Of a stretch of 64,000 nt of DNA, positions 1 through 13,200 are shown one piece after another. The stretch covers positions 203,484,001 through 203,548,000 of the forward strand of contig NC_091288.1 in assembly GCF_032444005.1 (NCBI RefSeq), in the 5' to 3' direction. Both the position numbers and the translations under genes were made by a program. Positions within the stretch are counted from its first letter, which is position 1. Each line of letters begins with the position of its first letter. The stretch is from Ranitomeya imitator (taxonomy: Eukaryota). The notes beneath the pieces are model-generated. The model was not told the DNA's origin. It saw only the letters and a list, made by a program, of their open reading frames with translations, and ran no database searches.

Positions 1-525
1 CCGACAACCTGCCATTGAAAGACTACAACCTCCCAGCATGCCCCGACAACCTGCCATTGAAAGACTACAACCTCCCAGCATGCCCCGACAACCTGCCATT
101 GAAAAACTACAACCCCCAGCATGCCCAGACAACCTGCCATTGAAAAACTACAACCCCCAGCATGCCCCGACAACCTGACATTGAAAAACTACAACCCCCA
201 GCATGCCCCGACAACCTGCCATTGAAAAACTACAACCCCCAGCATGCCCAGACAACCTGCCATTGAAAGACTACAACCCCCAGCATGCCCAGACAACCTG
301 CCATTGAAAGACTACAACCCCCAGCACGCCCCGACAACCTGCCATTGAAAGACTACAACCCCCAGCATGCCCCGACAACCTGACATTGAAAAACTACAAC
401 CCCCAGCATGCCCCGACAACCTGACATTGAAAAACTACAACCCCCAGCATGCTCAGACAACCTGCCATTGCAAGACAACATCCCTAAACAACCTGCCATT
501 ACAAAACTACAACTCCCAATATGCC
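1..525. repeat. 41-42 bp tandem repeat (ccgacaacctgccattgaaaRactacaacYcccagcatgcc), ~12 copies, cut by the window edge
   Basis: Periodicity read directly; the ORFs at 367 and 408 are offset by 41 nt and encode the same peptide start. Confidence 0.95.
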
Positions 526-1742
526 CTGACAGCTACATGCTGGGTGTTCTAGTTTTTCAACAGCTGGAGAGCCATAATTTTGGCGCCACTGCTTTCTATT
601 ACTTATGGGAGTGTCCAGGCATTAATTCCATTTTTTGCTGCCCTGGTCCGCTCCTCTATGACACAAGGTCTTCACTTTTATGCCTGCCAGTCTACACCCT
701 GCGATGTGACTAGGCTTCCTGCAAAGTAATTTAGCCATTGGGACTGTTTGCTAGAGGTGACCAGATGGGAGCAAACGGGAAAACCGCCTGCCATGAAGCA
801 GCAGTCTGGACGCCGGACCAGGTTAGGGTGAATGGAATTGCTAAGCTCCACCAGGCACACTGTCCTAGAGACGCCATTGTGCGCTGCGACTGACTGATGC
901 CCGGTTTGCACCGGGCGCATTAATAATAGGATACATGCACAATACCCACTGGGGGGCAAACAGCTGCCTCACTGCCCCGATTACTGCACATACCGGCTTG
1001 TCTCTCCACCCCGGGAAGATCAGACAAGAACCGAACCGTTTGGTGCCGAGGTGAACTCTGCTGTACTGGGATTTCTCGCAGGAGGGCGACACCAGTGATT
1101 ATTGGGCATGGGGCACACTAGAGCGGCCGCCTATGGGACGTGGCGCCTCCGCCATCAGGTGGAGAAACTTTTATGCAACCGGTTTTACTCAAAATGGAAA
1201 GAAAAGTTGCAGCAAAGTGTAAGTTGTGAGCAGAGGGCACATGGTGGGGAAGGTGACCTCAGGCACAGGGCATGGCACTGCCCATGGCACACAATGGGGG
1301 GCTACGCCTGGCATATGGCACTAGGAGGGGCAGGGGAGGCACAGCAGGCACACAGGCCTCACAGATGGCACATGCGCCGGCCACAGAGTTAGGACGTGCT
1401 CCTATAAAGGAGGGCATGCCGGGCAGCAGCAGGGGCACCACAGCAGGGAATGGCTATGGCAGCTGGCACAACAGACTAAAGGACAGGGCACCGAACAGCC
1501 GCAAATCTCAGCACTGCACAGAGGAGGAGAACACACCGCTCTGCCCTCGGGGGAACCGGTACTAACCGTCCTGGGACGCCATGATGATTGTGTACAAGTC
1601 GCCAGCGCTAGTGCTGCCGGGAAACTCACAATCACACGTTTTTTGGTCCTCTTCGGCAACCGTAGGCCTAACCAGAAGCGGAAGAATAGCTGATACCATA
1701 GAGACAAGGCTGATGCTAGAATGTACGGGCTACAAGTAGGTA

Positions 1743-1803
1743 TGACGTTTTGGTCACGTGGCCGTAGCTTCCGGTTTCTTCCAGAGCGCTGAGCCAGGAT
1801 GTT
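1743..1803 (+). promoter_or_regulatory. EARS2 core promoter / first exon region
   Basis: TGACG (1743), E-box GTCACGTG (1753-1760) and ETS-type CTTCCGG (1768-1774), followed by ATGTT|gtaagt, a strong splice donor at 1804. This motif cluster is typical of housekeeping promoters. Confidence 0.6.
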
Positions 1804-4800
1804 GTAAGTGTTCACAGCTGTAGACGCCATTTTGTTGAAGACTAAAGTCATTGACACATCATATAAATCTACAGTAAAATGGCTCCTGAAATGCGGACAT
1901 TTTTTGTTTTGTTTTCTAACCAGGCCAGTAATGATGCTGAAGCCCAGGTTTATGAGAAGGACATCATTTGGGGAGATGAGGCTTCTGTTAGGCAGAGTTC
2001 TGCTTCCAGCAGTGCGCCGGGGAACCAGGGGGTGTGCAGCAGGGCCACAGAAAGAGATTCGGGTGCGATTTGCTCCCAGCCCCACAGGTAAATTTACTGA
2101 CAGGACATATACGTCACATTAGTATATTAGCAGCTCTTCCCCTATAAGTGCAGGGCTAAACTACACACAGATTGTGTTGTAGTCTGTGTAACCATGGAAA
2201 CACATAGGTCTGCTCAGGAGCTGTATACACAAAAACATTCATTTTTTTTTATTATTATTATTATTTATTTTTAACCCCCTATCTGCACTGTGACATGATT
2301 AGTGGTAACATTCACATGGAGGGGGAGGGTAACTATAGTGGCCAGGACCCTGGGGTTTAGATGGGGCCCCCAGGAGTTCTCACAATTATTATACAGCTTG
2401 CATTGGGGCCCCTGAGCTTATGGCTGCACTGACCCCTGAGCTTATGGCTGCACTGACCCCTGAGCTTATGGCTGCACTGACCCCTGAGCTTATGGCTGCC
2501 CTGACCCCTGAGCTTATGGCTGCCCTGACCCCTGAGCTTATGGCTGCCCTGACCCCTGAGCTTATGGCTGCACTGACCCCTGAGCTTATGGCTGCCCTGA
2601 CCCCTGAACTTATGGCTGCCCTGACCCCTGAGCTTATGGCTGCCCTGACCCCCTGTATCTCTCCTGTGCTGCTGCTTCCTGCTGGTCTCTGATTCCGGAT
2701 CCTGTATGGACAGGCTGGGAACGATCGCTCAGCCAGTGACTGGCCGCAGTGGTGACCAGCAGGGAAGCATCAGAATGGGAGCTGCATAGGGATTGGTGAG
2801 TGAGAGTATTAATGCTTCATTTATTATTTGTTTAACCAGTCTTAGCCCATTTACTCCATTACATACCAATATCTATAGTGCAACTGAATGAAATTGTAAA
2901 AAAACAATTGATAAAGTTTTTTTTAAAACAAAAATGTAAAAAGTTTACAAAGTTTTAGGTCTCTTTCACACAACCGTGATCATTGGTCCAATCTCAGTGC
3001 GTCTCCCAACCAACATATATTTCTGTAAGGCGAGACGGGCGGTCAGTCCGTGCATTGTGCTCCGAGGTCGGACCGATGATCACGGGCATCTGAAAAATGA
3101 AAATGCGCCTGTAATCACCACATCTGCAACGACATAAAGTATTATTCCTATCTGCCCCCACTCTGTATTGTCGGATAGTGCTTATAAATACAAGCAATTT
3201 TGCAGTTTACTGCTTATTAAAATTGTCATCTGTTCTTGAGATATTAACACTTTTGTTTAACGCTCGTTGCCTTGGAGACCGACCACTGCTGTTAGAAGAA
3301 TATGCTCTTTTTTATTGAGCTTGTAAGCTCTGTACTGAAGCATGGCTAGGATCGCTGTAGAGCACTGATAAGCCTTCTTCCTGCAATGCTTACAAGCTGA
3401 ACAACAGCGGTGGTCGGTCTCCTAGACAACAACCTGAAAAGTGTTAACATCTCGAGAACGGCTGCAAATGTTAATAAGCAGTGAATTGCAAAAGTGCTTG
3501 TATTTACCAACTCTATCCAATAAAATATCCATCAATGAATATGGGAATAACCATTATTTAACCCACACATGGATGCTACACTCCGCCATTCCTTCATTGC
3601 TGTTTTGTAGCTATGAGTACAGCGCCCCCTCTGGTCATTACCATTCCCTTGCCTCCGTAGGATTTCTTCATCTTGGCGGCCTGCGCACTGCCCTGTACAA
3701 TTACCTGTTCGCTAAGAAACACGGAGGAGTTTTTATTCTTCGCCTTGAAGACACCGATAGAAGCCGCCTGGTCCCAGGTTCGGCGGAGGGGATCGAGGAC
3801 ATGTTGGAGTGGGCAGGTTAGACCGTCACTTTGGGTAGACAGTATTTTTTTTTTTTTTTTTAAATGAAAGGCAATCATGAAGCTAACTTCTTCTCTCCAG
3901 GGATCCCACCAGATGAGAGTCCTCGACGAGGAGGCCCTTACGGACCCTACGAACAGTCGCGGCGTCTGAATTTATATCATGAGGCGGTGCAAACATTGCT
4001 GGAAAGCGGAGCTGCTTACCGCTGCTTCTGTACGCCGCAGAGGCTGGATCTGATGAAGAAAGAAGCGCTGAGGAGCAGACAGACGCCCCGGTAAGAGAGC
4101 GCGCACTCTAGAAAGCTGGGTGCCATCAAATGTGAGTATCATTAGAGCTCGTTCGTGTAACCCAGCTGTCCCAAACTCCTGAATGACACCTCTGCATAGT
4201 TGTGTAACTCATCATGGTTGTCTTGCAGCAGCTAAGGGCATCTCGAGTGTCAACCCCTAGGGCAGCCATATTGGCCAGGACCCAGCTTTTCCTGTAGAAC
4301 AGATACGACTAAGAAACAACCAAGCTTGTGATTTGCTTTTTCTATGCTCTCGATATCTGAGACCGTTAAGTATGGGTCACCCATATCAGATTGGTCACTG
4401 TCCAGTTTTTAGCAATCCCACCATTCAGCTGATGAAAGGCACAGCGCCATGCGTTTGGTAGTGGTTCTGCCTGGTATTACAGCTCAGTCCTATTCACTTG
4501 TATAGGAGCAACCTGCAGTACCAGGGACAAATGCACGGCGCAATGAAGAGGCCACCGCACTTGGCCATAAGTCGACCTCCACCATTTTGCTAAGGAAAGA
4601 CAATTGATATCGAAAACCACTTTAAAGGGGTACTCTCATATGCAGAGAATGCACCATAGAAGCCTGATACCTGCACATGTGACCTTTACCTATGTGGTGC
4701 AATGGTCACGTGCTGCTTCCTTCTACATACACTTCAATGGAGAGCTGACCGTGCTTTTGTTAGATCTCTTTATTGAAGTGTACCAGGGGTCACGAAAGAA

Positions 4801-7800
4801 ATTGCATCCACTGTGCCTAAAATCTGCAGAGATCTTGGAAAACCCCTTTTAATTGATATTGTCGGAGCTTTGCAAGCGGCAGTGAATAGAGACTGCAAGT
4901 AATCAGGAATATCCTTCCTACAGTATGTCCGCTGCTTCCATCATGGCTTGTGACATTGCACATATTGAGGTATTATGCAATTAGGAAGGGGCTTATCCAA
5001 AATCCAGGTAGGAATCGGAAAAACCTTACTCTTGGAAGTATTCTTACAGTCTAGGCTGACTGTGGCACCGCAGCTCGCTGCCTCCCTTGCTGGACGTCCT
5101 CCGTGTTGTGGCAAGCCTTCCATTAAGCCATTATGTCACATGAACGTGTGACACCACATTTTTTCAAAACCTAGGGATTTTTCATGCTTATTTAAAGGGG
5201 TTTTCCAAACTTCGCCCAGATCTTGGAAAACCCCTTCAAGTGATAACTTTTGCTGCACTCCCAAGTATTGCATGTAGATGTCTAAAACTTGCAGTGCCCA
5301 TTAGAGATGAGCAAATACATTCACAGGAGCCTAGTCCAGCCGCCATGACAGTAGCCCTGCTAACCACCTCCTGCCTGGCAGAATTGCCCGATTATATTGT
5401 CTGGCGCGACATTATCATCACATGGTGGCGCACACACGACGTCGCTCCACGCCGACTAATCAAGAGGAGCCAGGTAGGAGGCAGTGTGCAGCGCCACCAT
5501 TTGGAATAGCGCCTGTTCATATTACATGTAGGTTTGCAGAAACGTTCGGACCATTTACTCTTTATAGTGATGTCCAGCTTTCCCCAACAGCAGATGTTGG
5601 GGGGAGCAGAATTGGGCAGATTACATTTCAGCATGCCCAATCTTTTGCTTCTGTGGAAAGTTGTCTGGCAGCGATATCTTTGCTTCTTCCTAGTGAGAGC
5701 ACATGCACGATTTGCCTAGATGAGTGTGCATGTGTATAGTGGGAGGTCTTGCTGGGAGTGAAGACTGCCGTCAGCTGTCAGGTCCCCCGATCCTGGGATG
5801 GTGCCCACCTTTACAGTCCACTCTGGGTAATAAAAGGGGGTCCTGAGTGGAGCGCCTCCGCCCCATCTAGGCGCAGCAGTTATACGGACCCTGATATATA
5901 AATGCCTCCATCTTTTATCTTTCTTTTCTAAAGCTACGACAATCGCTGCAGACATCTCACCTCGCATCAAGTGCAGGAAAATATGTCCAAGAATTTGCCT
6001 TTTGTGGTCCGGTTCCAGTTGCCGAGTGGCGCCCATTCCTTCCAGGACCTGGTTTACGGCCGGACACATCACGACGTGGCCAGTGTGGAAGGAGACCCAG
6101 TGATCCTGAAGGGGGACGGCTTTCCCACCTACCACTTGGCCAATGTGGTGGATGACTATAAGATGGCAGTGAGTCACGTCCTGAGGGGAGAAGAATGGCT
6201 GATCTCCACCACCAAACATCTGCTCCTGTACCGAGCCTTGGGCTGGCAACCTCCAGCGTACGCTCACCTGCCGCTCCTGCTCAACAAAGATGGCAGCAAA
6301 CTGTCCAAACGCCAGGGGGATATATATATCCAGCACTTCGCCCAGAGAGGATTCCTGCCGGACGCCATATTGGACATCATTACCAACTGCGGATCAGGAT
6401 TCGCTGGTAATAATGGAGCGCGAGCGCGGGCTCATTCCGTGCGGGAGAATCAGAGTCCAGGAAAGCTGGGTGACAACAATACGTAGCATTTTACCAGCAG
6501 CAATTTTGGGCTCACTTTTTCTTTCCAGCATTTACTTCCAGCAAACGTTTGATTTTCTGAGTCTATGCATTTATTTATTTTTTTATTTTAGCTTTTTAAT
6601 ATCATTTTAATATTTTTAAAAGCTTTTTTAACTGCTTTAACTTTATTTTTTGCGTCCCCCCCCCCCCCCTCTTTAGAGGTTACACAGTGTTCTGCAATAT
6701 ATTCATCCATCTATTTATCCACTTGTGTGTCCCTCTCCCTCCATCCCTCTCTGTCTCCCTCCATCCCTCTCTGTCTCCCTCCATCCCTCTCTGTCTCCCT
6801 CCATCCCTCTCTGTCTCCCTCCATCCCTCTCTGTCTCCCTCCATCCCTCTCTGTCTCCCTCCATCCCTCTCTGTCTCCCTCCATCCCTCTCTGTCTCCCT
6901 CCATCCCTCTCTGTCTCCCTCCATCCCTCTCTGTCTCCCTCCATCCCTCTCTGTCTCCCTCCATCCCTCTCTGTCTCCCTCCATCCCTCTCTGTCTCCCT
7001 CCATCCCTCTCTGTCTCCCTCCATCCCTCTCTGTCTCCCTCCATCCCTCTCTGTCTCCCTCCATCCCTCTCTGTCTCCCTCCATCCCTCTCTGTCTCCCT
7101 CCATCCCTCTCTGTCTCCCTCCATCCCTCTCTGTCTCCCTCCATCCCTCTCTGTCTCCCTCCATCCCTCTCTGTCTCCCNNNNNNNNNNNNNNNNNNNNN
7201 NNNNNNNNNNNNNNNNNNNNNNNNNNNNNNNNNNNNNNNNNNNNNNNNNNNNNNNNNNNNNNNNNNNNNNNNNNNNNNNNNNNNNNNNNNNNNNNNNNNN
7301 NNNNNNNNNNNNNNNNNNNNNNNNNNNNNNNNNNCTCTTTCTGTCTCCCTCCATCTCTTTCTGTCTCCCTCCATCCCTCTCTGTCTCCCTCCATCCCTCT
7401 CTGTCTCCCTCCATCCCTCTCTGTCTCCCTCCATCCCTCTCTGTCTCCCTCCATCCCTCTCTGTCTCCCTCCATCCCTCTCTGTCTCCCTCCATCCCTCT
7501 CTGTCTCCCTCCATCCCTCTCTGTCTCCCTCCATCCCTCTCTGTCTCCCTCCATCCCTCTCTGTCTCNNNNNNNNNNNNNNNNNNNNNNNNNNNNNNNNN
7601 NNNNNNNNNNNNNNNNNNNNNNNNNNNNNNNNNNNNNNNNNNNNNNNNNNNNNNNNNNNNNNNNNNNNNNNNNNNNNNNNNNNNNNNNNNNNNNNNNNNN
7701 NNNNNNNNNNNNNNNNNNNNNNNNNNNNNNNNNNNNNNNNNNNNNNNNNNNNNNNNNNNNNNNNNNNNNNNNNNNNNNNNNNNNNNNNNNNNNNNNNNNN

Positions 7801-10671
7801 NNNNNNNNNNNNNNNNNNNNNNNNNNNNNNNNNNNNNNNNNNNNNNNNNNNNNNNNNNNNNNNNNNNNNNNNNNNNNNNNNNNNNNNNNNNNNNNNNNNN
7901 NNNNNNNNNNNNNNNNNNNNNNNNNNNNNNNNNNNNNNNNNNNNNNNNNNNNNNNNNNNNNNNNNNNNNNNNNNNNNNNNNNNNNNNNNNNNNNNNNNNN
8001 NNNNNNNNNNNNNNNNNNNNNNNNNNNNNNNNNNNNNNNNNNNNNNNNNNNNNNNNNNNNNNNNNNNNNNNNNNNNNNNNGATTTATGTGTCCATCTACA
8101 TTCGTACATATATACATATCCATCTTGTAGCCTGTAGATGGGTTTCACAGGAAGATGACTGGGTCCTTGGGCAGACTCCCAGCTAGCATGGCAACCTGTC
8201 ACCAATCCCTTCATAGTTTCGGGGGAAGCAATGAGCTCCGTAATTTATGCCCCACTGGGAACGCGCCACTTATATTTAAGTAGTTAAGCAGCAACGATCG
8301 GAGCAAGCTCCGATCGCTGCTGTTATAGAGACAGGTGCCGGCTGTATATCTTCTGACCCCTCTCCATAAACCGACTCCCTCCTTAGGACATAATGCTACA
8401 CCCTGTGGAAAGAAATGTTTTGATCAGTGGGAGTCTTGGTCCTGAGAGGAATGGACAGAAGTTCTCAGATTGTGCTGAGCCTAAAGTCTTGGACCTGGAT
8501 TTCCACCGATCAAAACTTTGTTTTTTTTTTTAATTGATTAGCACTGATCCCCAGTACCAGACGGAGCCCATGGAGAAGAGTCACGCTGTTCTGGGAAAAA
8601 AAGGAGCCATGTTTTTCTAATGTTATAGAGCTGTTGTATCTGTTCCTATCATGTAGGCAATCAGGTCGGCCGGACTCTGCCTGAACTCATCCGGCACTAC
8701 AACCTGCGGAGCACCAGCACTCACTCTGCTCTCCTGGATCTGGAGAAACTCCCCGAATTCAGCAGGTAAATGTTATCTGCGGCGAGTGTCCAGTCTGTAA
8801 TATTCCTGACCCCCCCCCCCCCCCCCCCCGTGCCAGTGGATATAATCGCATACACCCCCACTCACTCTCTTGTAGGGTTCACCTCTCCCGGTGGATTGAG
8901 GGTGCTGACACCCGTGCGCAGTTGGTGGCACAGCTGCAGACACTACTGCAAGAGAAGTACAAGGATGTGACGCTCGATAAAGACTATATGGAGAAGATAC
9001 TGGTGCTGAGGAAGGTAAGAGGGCGCTCCTTTCATAATGTCATAAAGGGGTATGCCATCGAAAGCACTCCCGAAAAGCGAGGGTCCAACTTTTCCAACAG
9101 TCGCAGCAGATGGACCCCCATTTTCGTAGCATTGCCTAGGTGTAGAATCCTTTACAGCAGAGTACTCCTTTAATCCGGAATTGTATAATACAACACAGAC
9201 CTGTAATATAATGTGGAATTATTGGACACCGTTCACATGCAGCGACTTCGTTCCTGGCCGGTTTTATGTACCCACATTGATCTCGGCTCTTCTGGGCTCC
9301 TTCGTTAGACTTCAGCAGCCTGATTGATTTCTGTGGACAACGACACTACTTTTCCTATGCGCCATTCATGAGCCATCCTCAGAGTCTCCAGTCCTTGTAT
9401 TATGTTGGTGTAATGAAGCTTTTCTCCCGTTTTATCTTCTAGGGACATTTGAACTTGCTGACGGATCTATTGTCTCCAGATTACTCGTTTCTGTGGATCC
9501 GGCCGTCGGTGCCGCAGGAAGAACTGCAACGTCTGTCAAGTGAAGCCGGCGAGATCGGGAGTGTTGTGGTGCGGTGTGTATCATTGGCAGTGCTCAGTTT
9601 GGGGTTGTGCAGACAAAATGTCCTGTCCGACCTGACATCGGGCGCGGGGTGACGCCACTGGTTGAAGCGACCTTTGGAAACCCAGAGGGAATCGTCTTAT
9701 TGGAATGGCATGTGACTTGCTGGGGCGTCAGGTGGTTTCCTCTGCAGTAGTAGGATGTGTTGTCAGTTTCACTCACTTGTCCACGTGTCATTTTGATGTT
9801 TTTAGGATTCTGCAGAACAATCCCAAATACACCAGCCTGGAACTGCTAAGTAAAGAGCTGAAGAGCCAACTGCAGCGGCTGGAAGCCACGAAGTACAGCA
9901 CCTCCATGAAACTTCTCCGGCTGGTGCTCAGCGGGCTCGAGGTGCGGTAAAAGTCATTGCTGGCATTTACCAATTCATAGAATGCAAATACTCCTATACA
10001 ATAGGTGCAATCTGTACAGCCGCACAGGGGCCCAATAGGTAACAGCCCACTTTCATCTCCGAAGAAGGTAAAATTGGGCATTATGATGACCGCAAAGGGC
10101 CCATATACTGTTCCTGCGCAGGGTCCTCTTCTCTCTGCGTCCGCTCCTGCCCAAACTCATTGGCCAAGTGCATTAAATCTGTCCAATGTCGCATTAATAC
10201 ATCAATGTGTCACTGTCCGAGCACGGACCATGATGCCTGGACTGTCCGCTGGTCTACTGATCTACTATGAAGCTATCAAGTTCAGGTCACGAGACCCACG
10301 GACGGTCCATACTCGTGTGAATGTGACATTGTAGAAACCCCAGCATTCAGCTTTACTTTCTGAACAGTTACATAAAATGAGTTCTGGTTGCTTTGATCAA
10401 AAAGGCCATGTTACTTTCTACTAGACCGTTGCTAACGAGGGTGCAGGATGGGGTCATATTGTATGATCGAACCAAGCGGCGCCAGTAATGTATAATGCAG
10501 AATGACGAAGTAATGTCTTGCTGTAGATCGTTGGTAATTTCCACTTTTGTGTCCCCAATAATAGACATTTCCTTCCTTTCTCTCTAGACCGGACCGAGTG
10601 TGGCTGAGATGTTGATGTCGTTGGGACCGGAGGAGTCAATTATACGTTTGCAGAAAGCTTTGTCCGGCTGA
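1799..10671 (+). CDS. EARS2: Mitochondrial glutamyl-tRNA synthetase (class I aaRS)
   Basis: Exons: 1799-1803 (putative micro-exon), 1924-2087 (alternative ATGs at 1931, 1976), 3661-3816, 3901-4090, 5934-6406, 8657-8765, 8876-9014, 9443-9573, 9806-9941, 10588-10671 (TGA). All junctions are GT-AG and in frame. Motifs: [10 protein letters not shown]|FLHLGG (HIGH-like), [39 protein letters not shown] (KMSKS-like), and C-terminal GPSVAEM. About 509-528 aa depending on the start used. Confidence 0.97.
2408..2652. repeat. 24-bp minisatellite (atggctgcMctgacccctgagctt), ~10 copies, EARS2 intron
   Basis: Direct inspection; produces the artefactual (MAALTPEL)n ORF. Confidence 0.95.
5192..5239. mobile_element. 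Minimal T2/Kolobok-type MITE remnant (TIRs only)
   Basis: ttaa-AGGGGTTTTCCAA, short spacer, TTGGAAAACCCCT-tcaa. The inverted repeat 5195-5208 / 5223-5236 is a perfect 14 bp. Confidence 0.6.
6727..7567. repeat. 20-bp polypyrimidine minisatellite (tccctccatccctctctgtc)n, interrupted and followed by N gaps
   Basis: Direct inspection; lies in the EARS2 intron after exon 5934-6406. Confidence 0.97.
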
Positions 10672-12789
10672 ATGTGGAAACCCGACTCGAATTCTCCATC
10701 CTGTAAAATAATGTATTGAATTATTACTGATCCGCGGCCTCCGAGTCCTCACGACCCCAGTGACTGGAGCAGTTTGCACATATGTGGCTCTTTTATTCCG
10801 CTGTTAATATGCACTTGGCTGTAATGTTTTGTACAAATGAAAAAAAAAATGTAAATATCAGTCTTTAAAAAAAAAAATGGCAGATTTTTTTTATATTGGG
10901 GGGAAGGGATGTTTCATATTTTATTAAAAGCTAAACTTTAAAGGATTGTTCTGATTTACATAAATGATCACCTACCCAGTAATTGGGTGATAATTGTTCG
11001 ATCAATGAGGGTCCCACACCCACAAGACTGGACACTTGCCCCCTGCTTCTCCATACTAAGGCTATGGCACTAACAAACATAGTAGCGCAGAGCGGATGCA
11101 CTCCACTGTCTTTGTATCTTCACCACTCCAGACTAAGAGTGGACGAGTAAGGCGCACGCATGACCAGCCGCTCTATTTATCTCCCAGCCATGGTCTCATG
11201 ACTTGGGGGAGCTGGAGACATAAGTCCCCCCATTCCGGTCATTAGTGTGGGGGGGGGGTATGAGTTATGCAAAGTGGAATAGCTTAGATAATTTTCCACC
11301 AAACCCACTGCTCTCAGCAGGACCAGTTGACTAATGTGTTGGGGGGGGGGGGGGTCTTGACTTTTCCTGATGGAAGATATTGGCAGAAGGATTAGGCTGT
11401 TGGATTTTTACATGCCTGATCCTTTGCTGTCAGGGAGGATAAACCAAAGGCTTACTCCGTTCTCGCCATTCAGGACACATGGCCGAGCTGAGCACTCATG
11501 TATGGGGGTGTCGGGGGGCAAGCAATTGACCAGCAGCTCCATGGACTTGAATAGAGAGCGGCTTGCGCATGCTCAACCACCAATCGAGTCTTTGCATTGA
11601 CATGCGGTGGCGCTATTAGAGCAGACGGATATGACGGCGAGGAAATCCTCCTACATTTGCCGCTCTCACAATATGGCTTCCACTGCCACAGACCTCATTG
11701 ACTTTCTTCACAAGCCTCACATACAAGGATTCCCCCACAGTACTATACATTGTGACACCCGCACAGACCCCCTATGCATAATTTGACATCCCATAGCCCC
11801 CCACAAGGAGGCAAAAAAAATCTCTAGGTCTCAATCCTCTCCGATCACATCTTAGCGCAAATGACCCCCAAAGCGTTTACCATGTCTCTTCCCTGTCCCC
11901 TGAATGTAATATTGATGCCAGCACATCCAGCTTTCCAGGCGATGTCGGCAGGACCTGGGAGAGTTACCGTCTCCTCTCGGGGGCCGGGAGATGGCCCTTT
12001 TCTCCCGGCAGAGTTGGCAGGTATGGCGTCGGCTCTGGGACTGAGTGGAGGCTGCAATGTGTGACCACAAGGAGGGAGGCCATTCAATATAGTAATGTGG
12101 AGCAGAGTACTGTGTAGTATGTCCGGTCCGGGACATGCCCCTCCATTACTGAAGTGCGCTGGTTCAGGGGCGGCTGCACAATTCGCAAAATTCTTAGATT
12201 CAGAATATTTAAGAAGAGCAAAAAAAAGCAGAAGTGGTGTCAATGGGGGAGATAATGGGGCAGTGCTCATGCCCTGGGCCAGCGCCATTTGTACTGCGGA
12301 GAGCGTCGTATCCTGTGACAGCAGCAAACTATATACCTACGGCCTACAAGACCTCAGCGCCCAGGTGGTACAACGATATTCCAGCCCACCCTTACAGGGG
12401 TGAAGACTTAGTTTTTGTGGGGGTGCTGGCATTATTACTTGTGGCGGGGGCGTCATTACTTTCTAAAGGGGCATAATTGGTGGGTGCAATACCTGGCACC
12501 CCACTGATGTACAGGAGCCTTATATTATGGCCCAAAGTGACGACAGTCCTGTAAATCAGTACTGTAGAGACCCCATGTGTCACCTTTCAGGCACATGATA
12601 AAGCCATCGACCCAATGATAAATTGCTACTATTTTTGCCAAGCAGGTGGTGCTGATTTTCCATATCTAGGGGTATCTGTGCCTTATTCTTGGGAATATAA
12701 GGGTCTTGTACAATGCTGATGGCATTATCTGAACAAGGCTTTACAGCCCATAGAGAATCGCTGCAGATATCACAGACCAGTAGTAATAT

Positions 12790-13200
12790 ACAGCGACCAC
12801 CAGAGGGCGACGGAGTAGCGCCGCCCAACACAACACGGGATCAGGCTAGAGTGTGTCACGTGACTGGAACCTTTCTCCGCCTACACTGGCTCAGCCCGTT
12901 GGGTGTACCAAGATGGCTGCTCATCATAGCTTCCTGTGAGAAGACCAAGATGGCCGCGCTCATGGTTTAAGCCTTGCAGAGCGATGGATAAGTGACATTT
13001 TCGCCTGGAAACGTCTCCCGAGTGTTTGATTATTTCTAGGGCAGGTAAAATATCATTAATTCAGCATATGACCTGTAATACTTATTACTATGAGGATGAG
13101 TGAGTGTTAGGTGTGCATGTCTTCTAATTTACCATTACAAGGGTCCCTGAGTGCATGTTTGTTGTTTATACTGGAAATCAGTGCTGGGACTTGTAGTTCC
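12790..13200 (+). promoter_or_regulatory. TELO2 promoter / non-coding first exon region
   Basis: CTCF-like CCACCAGAGGGCG (12797-12809), palindromic E-box GTCACGTGAC (12855-12864), two YY1-type CAAGATGGC (~12909 and 12946-12957), a possible donor at 13044|gtaaaa, and a ZNF143/THAP11-type ACTACAAGTCCCAGC on the - strand (~13183-13198). The acceptor at 13635 precedes the ATG. Confidence 0.65.

Noticed and set aside
700-1620. GC-rich segment resembling LTR-retrotransposon leader sequence, with ORFs of 60-227 aa
   Set aside because: I could identify no LTR pair, primer-binding site or protein motif; it needs RepeatMasker.
3620-3640. CTCF-like GCGCCCCCTCTGGTCA before an EARS2 exon
   Set aside because: It is one base short between CCA and AGGGGGCGC, so it does not align to the core.
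6680-8214. 470-499 aa ORFs on both strands
   Set aside because: They run through a stop-free 20-mer repeat and N gaps.
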